DNA from: Tubiluchus corallicola
Taxonomy: Eukaryota; Animalia; Priapulida
Direction: 5' to 3'
DNA: 64,000 nt
NCBI GenBank assembly: GCA_030141605.1
Contig: JAQGDQ010000513.1
Span: 94,534-158,533, forward strand
Part shown: positions 1 to 13,846 of the stretch, one piece after another
Layout: every line of letters starts with the position of its first letter
Position numbering within the stretch: the stretch's first letter is position 1
The notes under the pieces: model-generated
Told to the model about the DNA's origin: nothing
Databases searched by the model: none
What the model saw: only the letters and a program-made list of their open reading frames with translations
Made by a program: the position numbers and the translations under genes

Positions 1-472
1 TCTGATAATTATGTTTGCGTAAAACTGAACTCCATAACCAATAAGTCGACAAACTGATAAAATACTGTACATGTGATTTTATTTTTTAAAAATGTCCGTG
101 AATGTGAATTAACCCAGTACCACTTGAGAAAAACTGTAGCAACTGCATTGGCTTTTTTAAGGAAATATTTGGAATGCTGATTATCGTATTTAACTTTCTC
201 ATTATTGTTAAGCTCATTTTTGCTGTTAAAGATGTCCGTTAACTTAATAAATGTGCATCTCATCAATACATCTAACATCTTTTATATAAAAGTTAGTCTG
301 GATGTTTATAGTCATAGTTTTTGTGATTTTTGCTAGTTCATATCAAGTAATTCAAACGGTGACAGTACTAACCATCATAGTTCATTATGATAGCAACATT
401 ACCGTTTTAGCAAAAGATGCCTTCAGGTCTCAAACACTTCAACTTACTTATGCATTTAATTAATTACGTATT

Positions 473-615
473 CGCCCCCGTTCCTCGCGGTGGGCCCGAT
501 TCGAAAAATAAGCCCCCAATGAGACGACACTAGATCGAGACCTTTCGTTTGATGTATAGATCGCCACAAATGGTGCCGTCGTCGAAGCTGTAGCCTCGAA
601 TCTTATATATATATA
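473..615 (-). mobile_element. Dispersed repeat family E, partial copy (class uncertain, possibly Helitron-like)
   Basis: Reverse complement of the starts of 37365-37650 and 46354-46630 (tatatataagattcgaggc...aaacgaaaggtctcgatctagtgtcgt...tttttcgaatcgggccc). Confidence 0.7.
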
Positions 616-1644
616 AATATATAACATACCAAGAATATTAATATAATAGATAATACTGTAGGCTAACTTAGTCTAATTTTCGTAGTGTTTTTTATCTACC
701 TCTTGCATACAAACTAATTTTATTTTTGCGGCTTTTACGTGATTTTCTTGTCAAACAAATGGTCTTGAATGCACACATGTTGGTGATTCTAGTTTATTTT
801 TTTGGTATTTAGTCATGAAATGCGGGTAATTAATTAATTATTAAATTTTTAATTTTGGTCGAGATTATTTTATTAGTGATGGCACAATCTCACATTTAAT
901 TAAATTTTGATATCAAACTTGAAAGGCAGGAAATATGAAAAAGTTCGAATAGACCCTGTAATTTGGATTTCAATCAGGGACCTACTCACATTGCAGATGT
1001 GTTAGATTACTAGGCCACTGCGTCTAGTATTCCCTAGTGGATTACTTAGTCGATTTGTAAGGGATTGGGTGAAAGGAGTTAATGTTATCATGCTAAAGGA
1101 ACACAGAACCATTGCGAGTTATATAACAGGGATACATTTCAACAAAGTTAAACATGTTGCGCACACTGCATAGCAGCTGATGTAGGCTGACCTAAGTTCA
1201 ACTGACTGCCATACAAAAATAATTATTTATTAATTTTTCCTCATCTTGGCAATGGTAACGAATAATTCTTACGTTTTTATAGACACATTTATTTTCTCCA
1301 ATAATGTCACAAATTTCTATCTTACAAAAAACTACTCTATTTTAAAAGAGAAGGGGTGAGGAAAGACCATAGGTCATCTAGCCCTCTCACCCCTTATATA
1401 TTAATATTGTAATAGTGGAAAAAAATTGATGACACTGGATGAAATTATTGTTAATTACTTAAATAAAATGACCAAAATAAAGCAATAATAAAAGGAAACA
1501 TATGAAACAAATATAACAATAGTAAAATAATAAACATGCCAGCCATTAGTAACTATAATATTACTAATGTATTGTATTACTAATATTATAATATAATAGT
1601 AATAGCTACTATAATTATTATTAATATTACCGGGTATTGTCTGT

Positions 1645-1996
1645 TAGGGGTGAGCATTCTCTACCAGAAAGCGAATTCGAATCGAACCGAATTTGTGACT
1701 TTCGAATTCGAATTGAGATTGAACGATTTTCGAACAAGTTTTCGAATCACCAGTAAAAATTAGTCTTACAAAGATCATGTGTATCACTAGATTTTGTTCT
1801 GCAATAAAACGACTAGTAATTTGTTTAAAATTGTGCACAGAAATCACTACTAAATTACGCTAATTGCATGTTGTTTCAATCGTTTTAGTGATCAGGAACA
1901 TATGTGATTGAAGTGCTGAATTATTCGAATCTATAGTTTTGGATTCGAATCGAGTTCGAACTGTAAAAACTCGTTCGAGTTCGATGCTCACCCCTA
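1645..1996. mobile_element. hAT-type MITE
   Basis: 13-bp TIRs taggggtgagcat / atgctcaccccta; near-perfect 8-bp TSD ttgtctgt / ttatctgt; many internal ttcgaa motifs; related copy at ~29988-30285. Confidence 0.85.
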
Positions 1997-2152
1997 TTAT
2001 CTGTAAGGTGAGTCTTGGTGACAATAATAATTACGATAAAATCCTATTGAACAAACCTAGCAAAGTGTCGCTGTGGGCGTTATCGGTACAAGCTAAAAGG
2101 CGGCGCGCTATCTGTTCAAGAACTGCAAGAAGCTGATTTGATAAAGAAGGAC

Positions 2153-2249
2153 ATGGCTGAGGTGTGTGCGAGTTCTGAAACTGAGAAGGAACCAAATTTT
2201 AACCCAGAAGAAGACTACAAAATGTCAGAAGAAGGAACCATAAGCTCAA
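2153..2249 (+). CDS. Candidate alternative first coding exon of ADAR2 (MAEVCASSETEKEPNFNPEEDYKMSEEGTISS+1 nt)
   Basis: ATG in good context (gacATGg), acidic open frame of 32 codons+1 nt, donor CAA|GTAGGT at 2250. Phase 1 matches the acceptor at 50175. A CpG-containing promoter-like stretch lies at ~2065-2115. Linkage to ADAR2 is inferred. Confidence 0.45.
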
Positions 2250-4254
2250 GTAGGTGATCTAATATCCGTAATCCTATTTGCTTTGTTATTAAGGAATTTG
2301 GAATTAGGGTGAGTGTATACAAAATTTCCCTGCGGTAATTTTAAAATTAAATAAGATATAAAGTCTTAAAGAGTTAATTTGTGAGCTAAAAAATTGCAAA
2401 TGTTAAAAGCATGTGATTGTTGCTTTTTGCCCCGGGAACGTAACTATTTAAGCGCAGCGCAAATATAAATTTTTTGGACGTAACACGTTGATGCTGATGT
2501 AGCAGAACTAGTACTAGTACTAGTAGTAGTAGGGTAGCTGAACGAAAATTGTAGAGCGCGCCACCATAGCTGCAAGCGTGTTCATTTGATTGATTAAATG
2601 AGTTAATTAAAAAAAAACAGATTTAAAATAATTAGTTTGTTTTGAAATGGCGGTCAGTTAAATTTCAAAAAAACGCTCAAGTTTTGGGAGTAAGAAAAAA
2701 TGACTAAGTCCGGTTTGAGCAAAAAGTTAAAAATTGTACTTTTAGCATTCTATTATTTATAACTAAAAATTCCAAATACAGGTTTTAGTACGTTAGTGTT
2801 GTTAAATGGAGTGCATTGCACGAGAAATAATCATATCAAGTCATATGGCAACATAGTATTCGTTTTTCCAGCATCCAAAATTCATCCAAATGATGTTTTA
2901 CCTTAACAGGTGTGAAAATGGACCTTTTACGAAAGTGTGCTAACTTGTCAACTTTAGAGTGTTATAAAAGATGCCAATTCAGCTGGTAGTTAATTGTTAA
3001 TATGACTTTTGGTAGCTCAGTGTATATTTACTAGTAGTAGTAATACTATTGACGTGCATAGTATTAGTATAAATAACTCAAGAATTCAGGTGCTGCTCCA
3101 GATGTAATAATTATTTATAGTGTATTTAAGCAAGTGAGATTCATTTGAAATGAATTTATGCTGTCGACATATTCAGCGATGCTTTGTAGTGATTTGATTG
3201 AAATGCTATTTAGGTTCATTTTTGATATACATACTTGTTCAATAAGATGCACATTGCACATCCCTAGATATTTTTAAATTTCCATGATAAAATACATTCA
3301 AAATCTTGAATGAAATAATTACCCCATTTTGAGACTATAAAGGGCGTTCTACATTTTATTCATGTTAAAAATACCAAGTCTTGTGAGAGCTCTTTCATAT
3401 TTTAATAACATTTTCTTTAATTTCATATTTTTCTGAAGCAAATTAGCATCAGTAAGTTGGCATGATTCTGCCAGTGCTAACCTCCTGGGCATCATATTCC
3501 TCCGGTCATCATTTGTTTTTGTGTTTATGAATTTAAGATTGAAATGAATGTATTAAATCAAGGCCATTTTAAGGTTTAAGGTTTTTGGGTACTTCCTCTT
3601 ATAAATTTGCAATACTTTTTGCAACATGTAGTCAGTGTAACCGAATTGTGTGTAGTGTTGGTCTTGGATTGGGCTGGTAATTTGTTGAAAAGTTTTTTAG
3701 CCTTGAGAAAATCACCAAAAATGCATGAAAATGATTCCTGTGTGAGATGTATTCATGACTGAAATACATCAAATAAACACAAGGATAATGCAATAACCTG
3801 GGTCGTGATTCAAGTCGTAAACCTGTATACTGTATTCGCGCAATCAGCAGGAAACTGTTCATTTTAGTGAGATGGTTACTTTGTTGAGTGATTATAGTTG
3901 ACCACCAACGTGTTAGAACAATGTTGAAAACACTGCAATAGTGTCAACTGTCATCAATCGGAAAATGTAATATATTTCTGCTCCGGTGTGCTATGTATCC
4001 TTGTACTACTGTACATATAGATGAATGTGTGATATAGCGTATGATTTCAGATGACAACAGGTCATAGGTCACTGTTGTCACTTCTAAACATTTGTACACT
4101 CATTTTTATCTTAGACAGAATTTATGCTACATTGGCAGGCTTATTTTGATAGCCCCATTGACCTCAGCAAGCACTACAGCAGTTCAGAGGTTATTTGAGG
4201 TCCAGTCTTTAGGCTAACAAATGTAATACCCTTTCTTCTGCATGACGGATACAC

Positions 4255-4907
4255 GTGAGTATGCTTGCAAACGAAAGTCGTCCATAAGTCGGCATAGTTA
4301 AAATTACATTATGATGCTTCAACGTAGAATGCAGTCAAATGTCAATTTTTTGTTTTTTTATAAAAACAAATGCCAAATGACTTCAATATTCTACCACCAA
4401 ATTGTAAGAAAATAGTGAAAGAATGCTAAAAATCTAATTTTATAATGCCATACTCGCTTTTCTATCTAGAAACTAACTAGTACTACAATCAAGAAAACTA
4501 AAAACATATTTTCAACCTCCGTTAGTAGCTTATGGAAGCTGTCATTTTGCTTTGTTTTTTGTTGCCAAGCCCAGATCTTCATCAGGAAGAGCCATCTACT
4601 GGATTTAAACATAACGTCAATGTATTCTTGCAAAGTCCGTAGCAACTAACATTTGTGCGGTTGCTAAGTGTTTTGTAGAAACGCAACAAAAAACAATGGC
4701 CAACTTTAACAGTGATTTTCTCAAAGTTATGTTTTTCAGTGTGCAGCCTGCACCTAAACTTCAACGTGGATTGTCTCAGCTTAGAAATAAGATAGAGCGA
4801 TGAACTTGGTATTAAAATGATCCCCATGAAATGCAGATTCAGGGTACGTGAATAAGTAGAAAAGCTTAATTGCCGACTTATGTACGATGTTGCTATGCAA
4901 GCACACA
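4255..4907. mobile_element. Non-autonomous DNA element family F
   Basis: Subterminal inverted motif cgtccataagtcggca / tgccgacttatg; reverse-complement homologue at ~57083-57660. Confidence 0.7.
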
Positions 4908-5386
4908 CATAACAGTAAGGAACAGTGTGTCAAATAAGTATCAGAAACACGATGAAGAGTACACATCGTCAGTGAGCTTCAAAAGATATCCACCTTGTCA
5001 TCACTCAGAATGTCCACACTCTGTTTAAGAAAATAGAAAAAATATGTTTGGTTAGGGTAACATACAAAAAAATCAAATGGGTTAGTAGGTAGGTTTGCCA
5101 ATATTTGCTAACTAGTATTACTATATAATAGAAAACTATAATCAGTGCCAGTTAGCAAATATATATAGCCAGTATGCCTGATTACAGCTACATGCTAACG
5201 CCGTGCAACGAGCTTTTACCTTTCATGAAGAAATAGTGCAGGCTCTATATTATCTAAATTTAATTAAAGGAATTACTGGGAAAAAACTTAAAATTAAAAA
5301 AACAACACCCTTATACACCGTACTCGTAAAAATAACTTTATTATTTTCTACAATGCTGATTAAAATTATTTATTTCATTTTGTATA

Positions 5387-5479
5387 GGGGAAGGGAGTAA
5401 AAGACTGCATGGTTGTTCCCTTTCCCCACACGTTGGGGAAGGGAGTAAAAGACTGTATGCTCGTTCCCTTTCCCCACAC
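5387..5479. repeat. Tandem duplication of a ~48-bp hairpin unit
   Basis: ggggaagggagtaaaagactg...gttccctttccccacac present twice; the ends of each unit are complementary. Confidence 0.85.
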
Positions 5480-7902
5480 TATTTAAATATTTACTTGTCA
5501 GCTGACTACAATCTGCATATTTTGTTTTGTGTGAAATAAAAGTGCTTATGTCCTATCTCAGTGTATTGTGAAAGGACTGCTGCTTGAAAGGTGTGTGTCA
5601 TATTCATTCGGTATGCAGTGTATATTTTGGATTTTTATGTATTTTCCCGAGACAGGCATTTGCGTACTCCTTACAGTTAATTTGAGCATTCTAGTGGCGT
5701 ACATACATCAATATTAGTTACATTGGCATTATGAACTTGGCACTCCGTGTTAGTAGCGTTATTGAATGTAAAATTTTAAAAATTTATGTGAGACAAAAAG
5801 GATGAACATCCTGAGGTGTTCATTATGTGGTTTATTGACGTTGTGACCATGAAGCATGACCAGAAGCCCTGCATCCACATGTTTGCTGTTTCTTATTAAC
5901 ACGACTGATTGTTTGTATGGCATAGCTCGATGCTTTGCTTGGGATCCGCCATATGGCTTCTAGTATAGTTTGTACACATATGCAATTCCCCACATCCCTA
6001 AGCAATGTTGAAAAGAAACTCATTCTTTGGAAAAAGATTGGCTAACCCGTAGGCTTGTGCCCAGAAATACCATGATATATAAACAGTCGTTGCTAAGTGA
6101 GCGCTTGTTAGAGCTTAGAATCAGCAGGACTGCAGAGTATCTGAAATGCCTGCTGAAGAGTGAAAATATATTGTGCTTAGAAAAATACTGCTCCAAAAAC
6201 ATTAATTAACCTAAAACTATTTTCATTGGATAATCACATCTACTTCTGCGCTAACAGGGTTCGTTTTTATTTCTATACTTTTTACATTTCAGTCGTCTTT
6301 TGTGGATTTCTTGGCTGTACAATTCATTGATTTTTCGCTGGTGAAATTCTCAATTTTAAGAGAGTGCTGTGTCACCTGTATTCGGATTTGCCTCAATTGA
6401 CTTTATGAATTGTGTTTTCTTTGCTCCTTGCACGTAAAAGAAAAGATATCCAGTTTTTAATATCCATTCGTAATGATCTGTGACTTGTGATGTGAAACGC
6501 AAATATATATTCTTCAAATGATCTACGTAACAATTACTTAATTTTTGAATTTTGTTAGTTTTTTTAGTCAATTTTGCACTTTTCTAGTTTACTGTACACG
6601 CTTAGATGCTAACAATGCCTGCTTTTCGAAAAACACACGTGCAAACAGGTCAGTATCAAAGTAGCAGTATCCGAGCTGCAAAACTGCAGGCAAAGGACAA
6701 GTCATGATGCACTTGAAATTTAAAATTTTTAATTCAAAAGACACTTTGTTTAATGTCAATTCGGTCTGCAACGTCATCCGTTAAGCACATTGAAGATTCC
6801 CGTCGTTGGCAAATTATGCCCGAAGGTGATGTCGTATCGAAATTTCCTGTGGTGACGTCATCACAAGCTGTGCACGTGCCCATGAGTCGAATTACAATTG
6901 AAATAACTATAAACTTGTCAAAGCATCAAAGCAGCACACACTAGTTACATTTAGCAACATTACATCTGAAGTCATCAAGTCATCAGGAGGAACCTGACCA
7001 GGATTCATGTCCAGCCATTTCTCCTCCTCTTTAATGGTTTAAAGTGGCCTAGCTTTCAAAAAAAGTAGATGACATTTTGCCTACTGTTCTAATATGGAAA
7101 ATGTATATTTTACACTAAAGCCAAGACCGTAAGTAATAGAGAAGGATATTTTTTACAGTTGGTTACCTTGAGTTCTTCTTGCAGTTTTTAATATTAAAAA
7201 ATTAGTTATTAGTTATTGACCAATCAGCATTTGATCAATTGCTCATTGTTTTTATTATAAATGTGTTATGATTGTAATGTTTCTTGTCAAATAGAAATAT
7301 TGTTTAAACTAAAGAATAAGTTTGTAACTTTAATTTTGGGGGTATTTTTGTATATCTGGAATGTTGCATGCACTTTCGGTTTCCCAGACTTTCTTCGCTC
7401 TTTGCAGCTTGAGGCATGTAGCTGTTTGTTGGAATGTAGCATGCATCTTGTTTTCTGATCATAATTGCAACATGCTATGGTAAGGTTGCTGCTAACTACT
7501 AGGCATGTGAGTAATGCAACATGTCACAGTCAATTAACTAGGTTCCTTGAAAACCCATTTCCTTTCCAGATACTGAAAATTATTGTTTGTTTCCTTAGCA
7601 GGCTCTGTTTGTTGACATTCCCATCTAATTTTCTAGGGGCAGCTTAGAGTTTGGAGCATTACATAAACTAACAACGTTATTTGTCTTCTAGAAGTGCTAT
7701 AAGGTTTCGCGTTGGTTTTGTCAGGAAATGAACATGACTTCAATTAAAAACAGACCACAGGTTGCGACAATAGAGTGCATGTAATACTGGTTATTATATA
7801 TTATTATTATTATTGTATTTCACACCATTACATACAAATACAACTGATATATATTCATATACACAAAATATACCGAGGAAAAGTTAGTATAATTAGTGCA
7901 CG

Positions 7903-7904
<2 letters not shown>

Positions 7905-7948
<44 letters not shown>
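7905..7948. repeat. (CA)n microsatellite
   Basis: Direct observation. Confidence 0.95.
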
Positions 7949-7949
<1 letters not shown>

Positions 7950-8416
7950 AATAAACAATTTTTAAAAATGACGATGATCGTACATAAAATTTTGTCAGGT
8001 TTCACATATCCTTTGCAGATAATCTTCTAAGGGCACATTAAAATCATTAATAACTAGTTAACATTCACATTACCAAACCTCAATGATGAGCCTTATATAG
8101 AGAATAATTTAATCATAGGAATTGTAACATATCATTGACAGATTGATGAGATCCTATCAAAATTTTGCGTCTTCACTCATATCACCTGTACTTTGGTACA
8201 ATAGATTCCGAAAAGGGTTACAATAGATTCCGAAAACCCCATGAAAAGCCTAAAGTTTATTTGCCCACTTTTATTCTCACAAGAATATTTAAAACAGGAA
8301 ATTGCCTAAAACAGTTTTAATAGGTAACTAGTTTGTTTGCACCATGTCTAATTTCTCGAGAACATAACTAACCACCAATTTCCAACATGATGCCAAGTTT
8401 GAAATAAGTAAACCAA

Positions 8417-9671
8417 CATTTTCAGATTGTTGGATCAAACGATAACCTGACCATCTCATACCCCCATCTTAGATACCACCTGCATTTTCAGATTGTTGGA
8501 TCAAATGATAACCTGACCATCTCATACCCCCATCTTAGATACCACCTGCATTTTCAGATTGTTGGATCAAACGATAACCCGACCATCTCATACCCCCATC
8601 TTAGATATACCACCTGCATTTTCATATTGTTGGATCAAACGATAACTCGACCATCTCTTACCCCCATCTTAGATACCACCTGCATTTTCAGATTGTTGGA
8701 TCAAACGATCACCCGACCATCTCATACCCCCATCTTAGATACCACCTGCATTTTCAGATTGTTGGATCAAACGATAACTCGACCATCTCTTACCCCCATC
8801 TTAGATACCACCTGCATTTTCAGATTGTTGGATCAAACAATAACCCGACCATCTCATACCCCCATCTTAGATACCACCTGCATTTTCAGATTGTTGGATC
8901 AAACGATAACCCGACCATCTCATACCCCCATCTTAGATACCACCTGCATTTTCAGATTGTTGGATCAAACGATAACCCGACCATCTCATACCCCCATCTT
9001 AGATACCACCTGCATTTTCAGATTGTTGGATTAAACGATAACACGACCATCTCATACCCCCATCTTAGATACCACCTGCATTTTCAGATAGTTGGATCAA
9101 ACGATAACCTGACCATCTCATACCCCCATCTTAGATACCACCTGCATTTTCAGATAGTTGGATCAAACGATAACCTGACCATCTCATACCCCCATCTTAG
9201 ATACCACCAGCATTTTCAGATAGTTGGATCAAACGATAACCCAACCATCTCATACCCCCATCTTAGATACCACCTGCATTTTCAGATTGTTGGATCAAAT
9301 GATAACCTGACCATCTCATACCCCCATCTTAGATACCACCTGCATTTTCAGATTGTTGGATCAAACGATAACCCGGCCATCTCATACCACCATCTTAGAT
9401 ACCACCTGCATTTTCAGATAGTTGGATCAAACGATAACCTGACCATCTCATACCCCCATCTTAGATACCACCTGCATTTTCAGATAGTTGGATCAAACGA
9501 TAACCTGACCATCTCATACCCCCATCTTAGATACCACCTGCTTTTTCAGATAGTTGGATCAAACGATAATCCGACCATCTCATACCCCCATCTTAGATAC
9601 CACCTGCATTTTCAGACTGTTGGATCAAACGATAACCCGACCATCTCATACCCCCATCTTAGATACCACCT
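8417..9671. repeat. 66-bp minisatellite, ~19 copies
   Basis: Unit cattttcagattgttggatcaaacgataacccgaccatctcatacccccatcttagataccacctg; explains the 22-aa repeat ORF 8627-9034. Confidence 0.97.
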
Positions 9672-9905
9672 TATAAATACTTCCTAGTTCACCAGGCAAT
9701 AGATTTGAATTCTGATTTTATGACAAATTTAAAAAGAAATTCTTGTTTTTGAGATATCTATTTCTAGGTATTGCTATATGATCAGTTCTTTACAGAATCA
9801 CATAGTAAGTTAGTAACATTATCAGAAAGGAATGAAAATGCTACCGTGCATTAAACCGGAGGACTAAAAACTGTGGAAGAACATGTACAGTTTTGCTGTC
9901 TTTAA

Positions 9906-10502
9906 ACCAAAACCTATGCAATCTTAAACTGTATGTCAAAACAATCTACTCTTTAAAATACTGTTTTTGCAAAAATGATTTACATGAAAGAATTGTTACC
10001 ACACAAACACAATTTCACGTTCACTCCAGTACTTTTTGCTGTTACATGCATTTTGCCATTCGTTAGTTAGACAGGTATTAGTGCCTGCATTTCGAAAACG
10101 CATTGCACAAAAATAGGTGATGTACCTCTCACTTCATATGTGTTAGCATGTGATGAACTACACACGTTGGACAGCTCATGCGTGAGCACAGCGGTAAATT
10201 TGAAATTTGAAATTTTATCTTTAAACTTACAGAGTTTTAGTACAACACACTGAATATCTTACAGTTGTGCTGTACTTCAATTTTCGCTTTCGCAAGCACG
10301 TGTAACACGCTCGTAGAATATTTTTGCTGTTGAAAATTATGGTAGTTTGTGATGTCATCAATAGTTGACCTCGCCCACTCTTAATTAAGTTTTTAATCTA
10401 TTATTTATTTATCAGAAACACTTTTGCAGTATTAACTGTGTTAAAATGTATACTTTTTACCGGATTTGAAAATGACTATGTGAAAAATCATCCTGTCTTC
10501 CT
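9906..10502 (+). mobile_element. Kolobok-type MITE family A
   Basis: TTAA at both flanks, ends in gtcttcct|ttaa, homologous to 34989-35601. Confidence 0.8.
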
Positions 10503-11090
10503 TTAAACACAGATTATCAAAACATATAACTTATTTTACATTTGCAGAACTTGATTTATGGCTCAGATTTCACGTTCCATTCAAACTGCTTGTTCAAGTT
10601 ATCAACATTTTACTTGGAAAAACTTTTGCCAATGTTCCGCTCGTCCGTATTGTGCTGCTTTATGAATTCACTACGCTTTGCATGTTTTTATAATGAAACT
10701 GGCTCATCCTCTCTCCAACAACTCACCCATTATGTGCAGCGTAGATAAGAGTTCGATTGTGTGGCTCTCAGTTTACACAATACCGCTGAATGAAATTAAG
10801 TAGATTGAATCGCCTGTAAGCTTGCATAATAGATGATGAGCTGGGTAGTGCTAGTCTGCAGAGATTAATACAAACCATTAATCACCATCGGGAGACTTCA
10901 AAGGCGTTGAATTGAAGTCAAATTTTAATTAAAAAGAAACAATATAATGAGCCACCATAATTATTAATTATTAATATGAAGTTGCAAAAAAGGTTTCAGG
11001 GATCTTTGAACATGGTGCCAGATCTTTCCCTCAGAAAGCATCTAACAGGATCTTTTCTCCCGGCTGTAGTTAGTTTAATATATATATATA

Positions 11091-11745
11091 CATGGAATTG
11101 GACACTAGGAGACTAAACATGGAATTTGACCCTGGGAGATCAAACATGGAATTATGTCCTAGGAGACTCAAACGTGGAATTAGACTTTAGGAAACTCAAA
11201 CATAGAGTTTGACCCTCTGAAACTCAAACATGGAATTTGACTCTAGGAGACTCAAACATGAAATTGGACTCTAGGAGACTCAAACATGAAATTGGACTCT
11301 AGGAGACTCAAACATGAAATTGGACTCTAGGAGACTCAAACATGGAATTTGACCCTAGGAGACTCAAACGCGGAATTTGACTCTAGGAGACTCAAACATG
11401 GAATTTGACTCTAGGAGACTCAAACATGAAATTGGATTCTAGGAGACTCAAACATGGAATTGAACCCTATGAGACTCAGAGATGGAATTTGGCCCTAGGA
11501 GACTCAAACATTGAATTGGTCCGTAGGAGACTCAAACATGGAATCGGACCCTAGGAGACTCAAACATAGAATTTGACCCTAGGAGACTCAGACATGGAAT
11601 TGGGCCCTAGGAGACTCAGAGATGGAATCAGACCCTAGGAGACTCAGACAAGGAATTTGACCCTAGGAGACTCAGACATGGAATTTGACCCTCGGAGACT
11701 CAAACATGGAAATGGACCCTAGGAGACTCAAACGTGGATATCGAC
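11091..11745. repeat. 28-bp minisatellite, ~23 copies
   Basis: Unit catggaatttgaccctaggagactcaaa with point variants. Confidence 0.95.
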
Positions 11746-13559
11746 ACATGACTCTAACAATTCAAATAAGAAATACAGTATAAACAATTTTTTACCAAAA
11801 TGTTTAATCAGTACTTGACGCCTCACGGTATCGTGTTAATTGGGTGTAATGGGTTTTTTGTCTGCTGTACCAGGAGTATAATACACATAAGGCTGTTAAG
11901 TTGACTGGCAGTTCATCTATGAATGTATCAAGTAATTTGTCTTACACTTCAATTAAAAGACTCTATTCTACAACGTACGACGAATAGCTTCTTGCTGTGT
12001 GATGACCAACGTTTCTCTGTCTTGTTTACATCGATTAATAACATTCATGTTCATTATAATGCATACTATATAGTGACAGCATGTCCAGTAGGATAGCCAG
12101 AGATGTTTGAAAAATTTTCACGCTGGTTTGATACCGCATTGGTTATTAGTCATCTAGGATAATTGCTAAGTGATCTCGTCTAAATCTATACGTCATTCAT
12201 CAATCATTCCACTGACTGCTGTAACATAATTAATGTCTATAGTGGCTGATTATTCAATTAGGCAGAGTTTTCAAGTCGTTCAACCAAGCATGCATTAATT
12301 TTTTAATTGTTGTAATTTTGTAATACTACGCCACTTATGAAATATTTATAAAAATATTACCAACAAAGTGACGCCTATTTTATGTACGCATCTGGTTTAA
12401 TATGATTAATAAAAGTTCTGAATTAAGGGGGTTTGTGCTATTTTGAAAAGGCACTGGCCCTAGGGCCACACCTAAATAGTGAAAACATGAACACAGGTTG
12501 AGAAAAGGAGAATTTGATTTGCTGTTGTTAGGAGTTGTATTAATATTTTTGTTGAAGAAAGCGGCTGTAGTTAATAGGGACCAGTTTTCCGGTCAAGAAC
12601 TCCACAGAGAAAAGGCCCGAGTGAAGAAGTCGAGTAGTTGATTCTGATTCAGGAGCCCAGTGACGGTCCTACTCGAGAATCGAGATTATCTTCCACTGAA
12701 TATACAGTGATAAGACAACATATAGCGACTAGCCGGTCGAAAAGACGATGTAAATCTTTGCCATGCCTGGCCTCGTTACTGTTTCGCTGTGAGTTTTTAA
12801 ATTATGAAATCGAAAAAAGTTTGTGAATAGGTACTCAGTATTAAATATATACTCATTTATGTGTTTTATATGACTAATGTAAGTCACTTAATTTCACCAT
12901 CAAACATCTTTATTCCACCTACTTTGGGACTGCAAAAAAGTTAGCAGTTATAACGACTATTGAATAGATTGATGCTATCGAATATCGGTATTCTGCCAAA
13001 AATGTGAGCGAGGTTGGTATTATAAAGGAGGTGGGTGGATGGGGGTTAATGAGGTTAGACTTAATGTGATTGCGTTAATAGGCTTACTTTGTGGCTTGTG
13101 CAAAATGTACAAAGCCGATGGAGATTTAGTTCCCTATAAACGACTGTGGCGATTGAGTAACGTAATGAAATTATTTTCGCAACTTGTAATGCAATTCAAA
13201 TTGCGCGTGTATATCATTTAATTTCACCTGGCATTGACGTGAAATTGATTCTGATACGATCATTGCAAGTCTACAGACATGTTTGTACGTAAGATACAGG
13301 CTCTGTCAGTGACACATCGATCCAAACATTTAAGAAAAATCAGTAATCTTAAATCGTGTACTTACGAATATTGATTGAGACATTGTTTAGCACTTGCTTA
13401 CCATTAGGTCTAGCTTTACTACATATAACTTTCAAATGAACTTAACGTTCATTTCACGGCATCTTTCGCTCTTATTTTCATCATTTCCTAGTTTTACGAG
13501 TTTGCGCTTAGCATCCGCTATATGGCTCCTATCATTAAATATCTAGTTCCGGCGCTAAT

Positions 13560-13836
13560 AGTAGTATTTTCCCCATCACTGGCTTCCCGCAAGCATCTTG
13601 CAGGTCGCGTGGCAACGTGCAGCAGCGAAGCGCACGCTGATTATTTGTGTAGTGTACGGTTTTCTAGTTGGTTTTGAGAAGCTTCACACTTGTTTCTCGG
13701 GACTCTCATAAATTGTACGGAACGGGACGTGCAGCTGTTCTCGCCAGTAATACAACAGCAGTCGGCGGGCGGATTACATGTAAACTAGTTTCGAATTTAT
13801 ATATTTGAAGCTAGCCAGGGAGGCTGTTTTATTCAT
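13560..13836 (+). promoter_or_regulatory. Putative promoter/5' UTR of ADAR2 (proximal first exon)
   Basis: Locally CpG/GC-enriched unique sequence directly upstream of ATG GCG ACA G|GTTGGT; a start-stop uORF (ATG TAA) lies at 13778-13783. Confidence 0.4.
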
Positions 13837-13846
13837 ATGGCGACAG
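13837..13846 (+). CDS. Candidate first coding micro-exon of ADAR2 (M-A-T + G)
   Basis: ATG GCG ACA G followed by donor CAG|GTTGGT. Phase-1 joining to 50176 gives [11 protein letters not shown], comparable to the short phase-1 first coding exon of vertebrate ADARB1. Inferred. Confidence 0.5.

Noticed and set aside
8627-9034. 135-aa ORF with 22-aa repeats
   Set aside because: Translation of the 66-bp minisatellite; neighbouring units contain stops.
8417-11745. Regular arrays resembling CRISPR (also 33825-34657 and 60064-62923)
   Set aside because: Units are contiguous with no unique spacers, there are no cas genes, and the context is eukaryotic.
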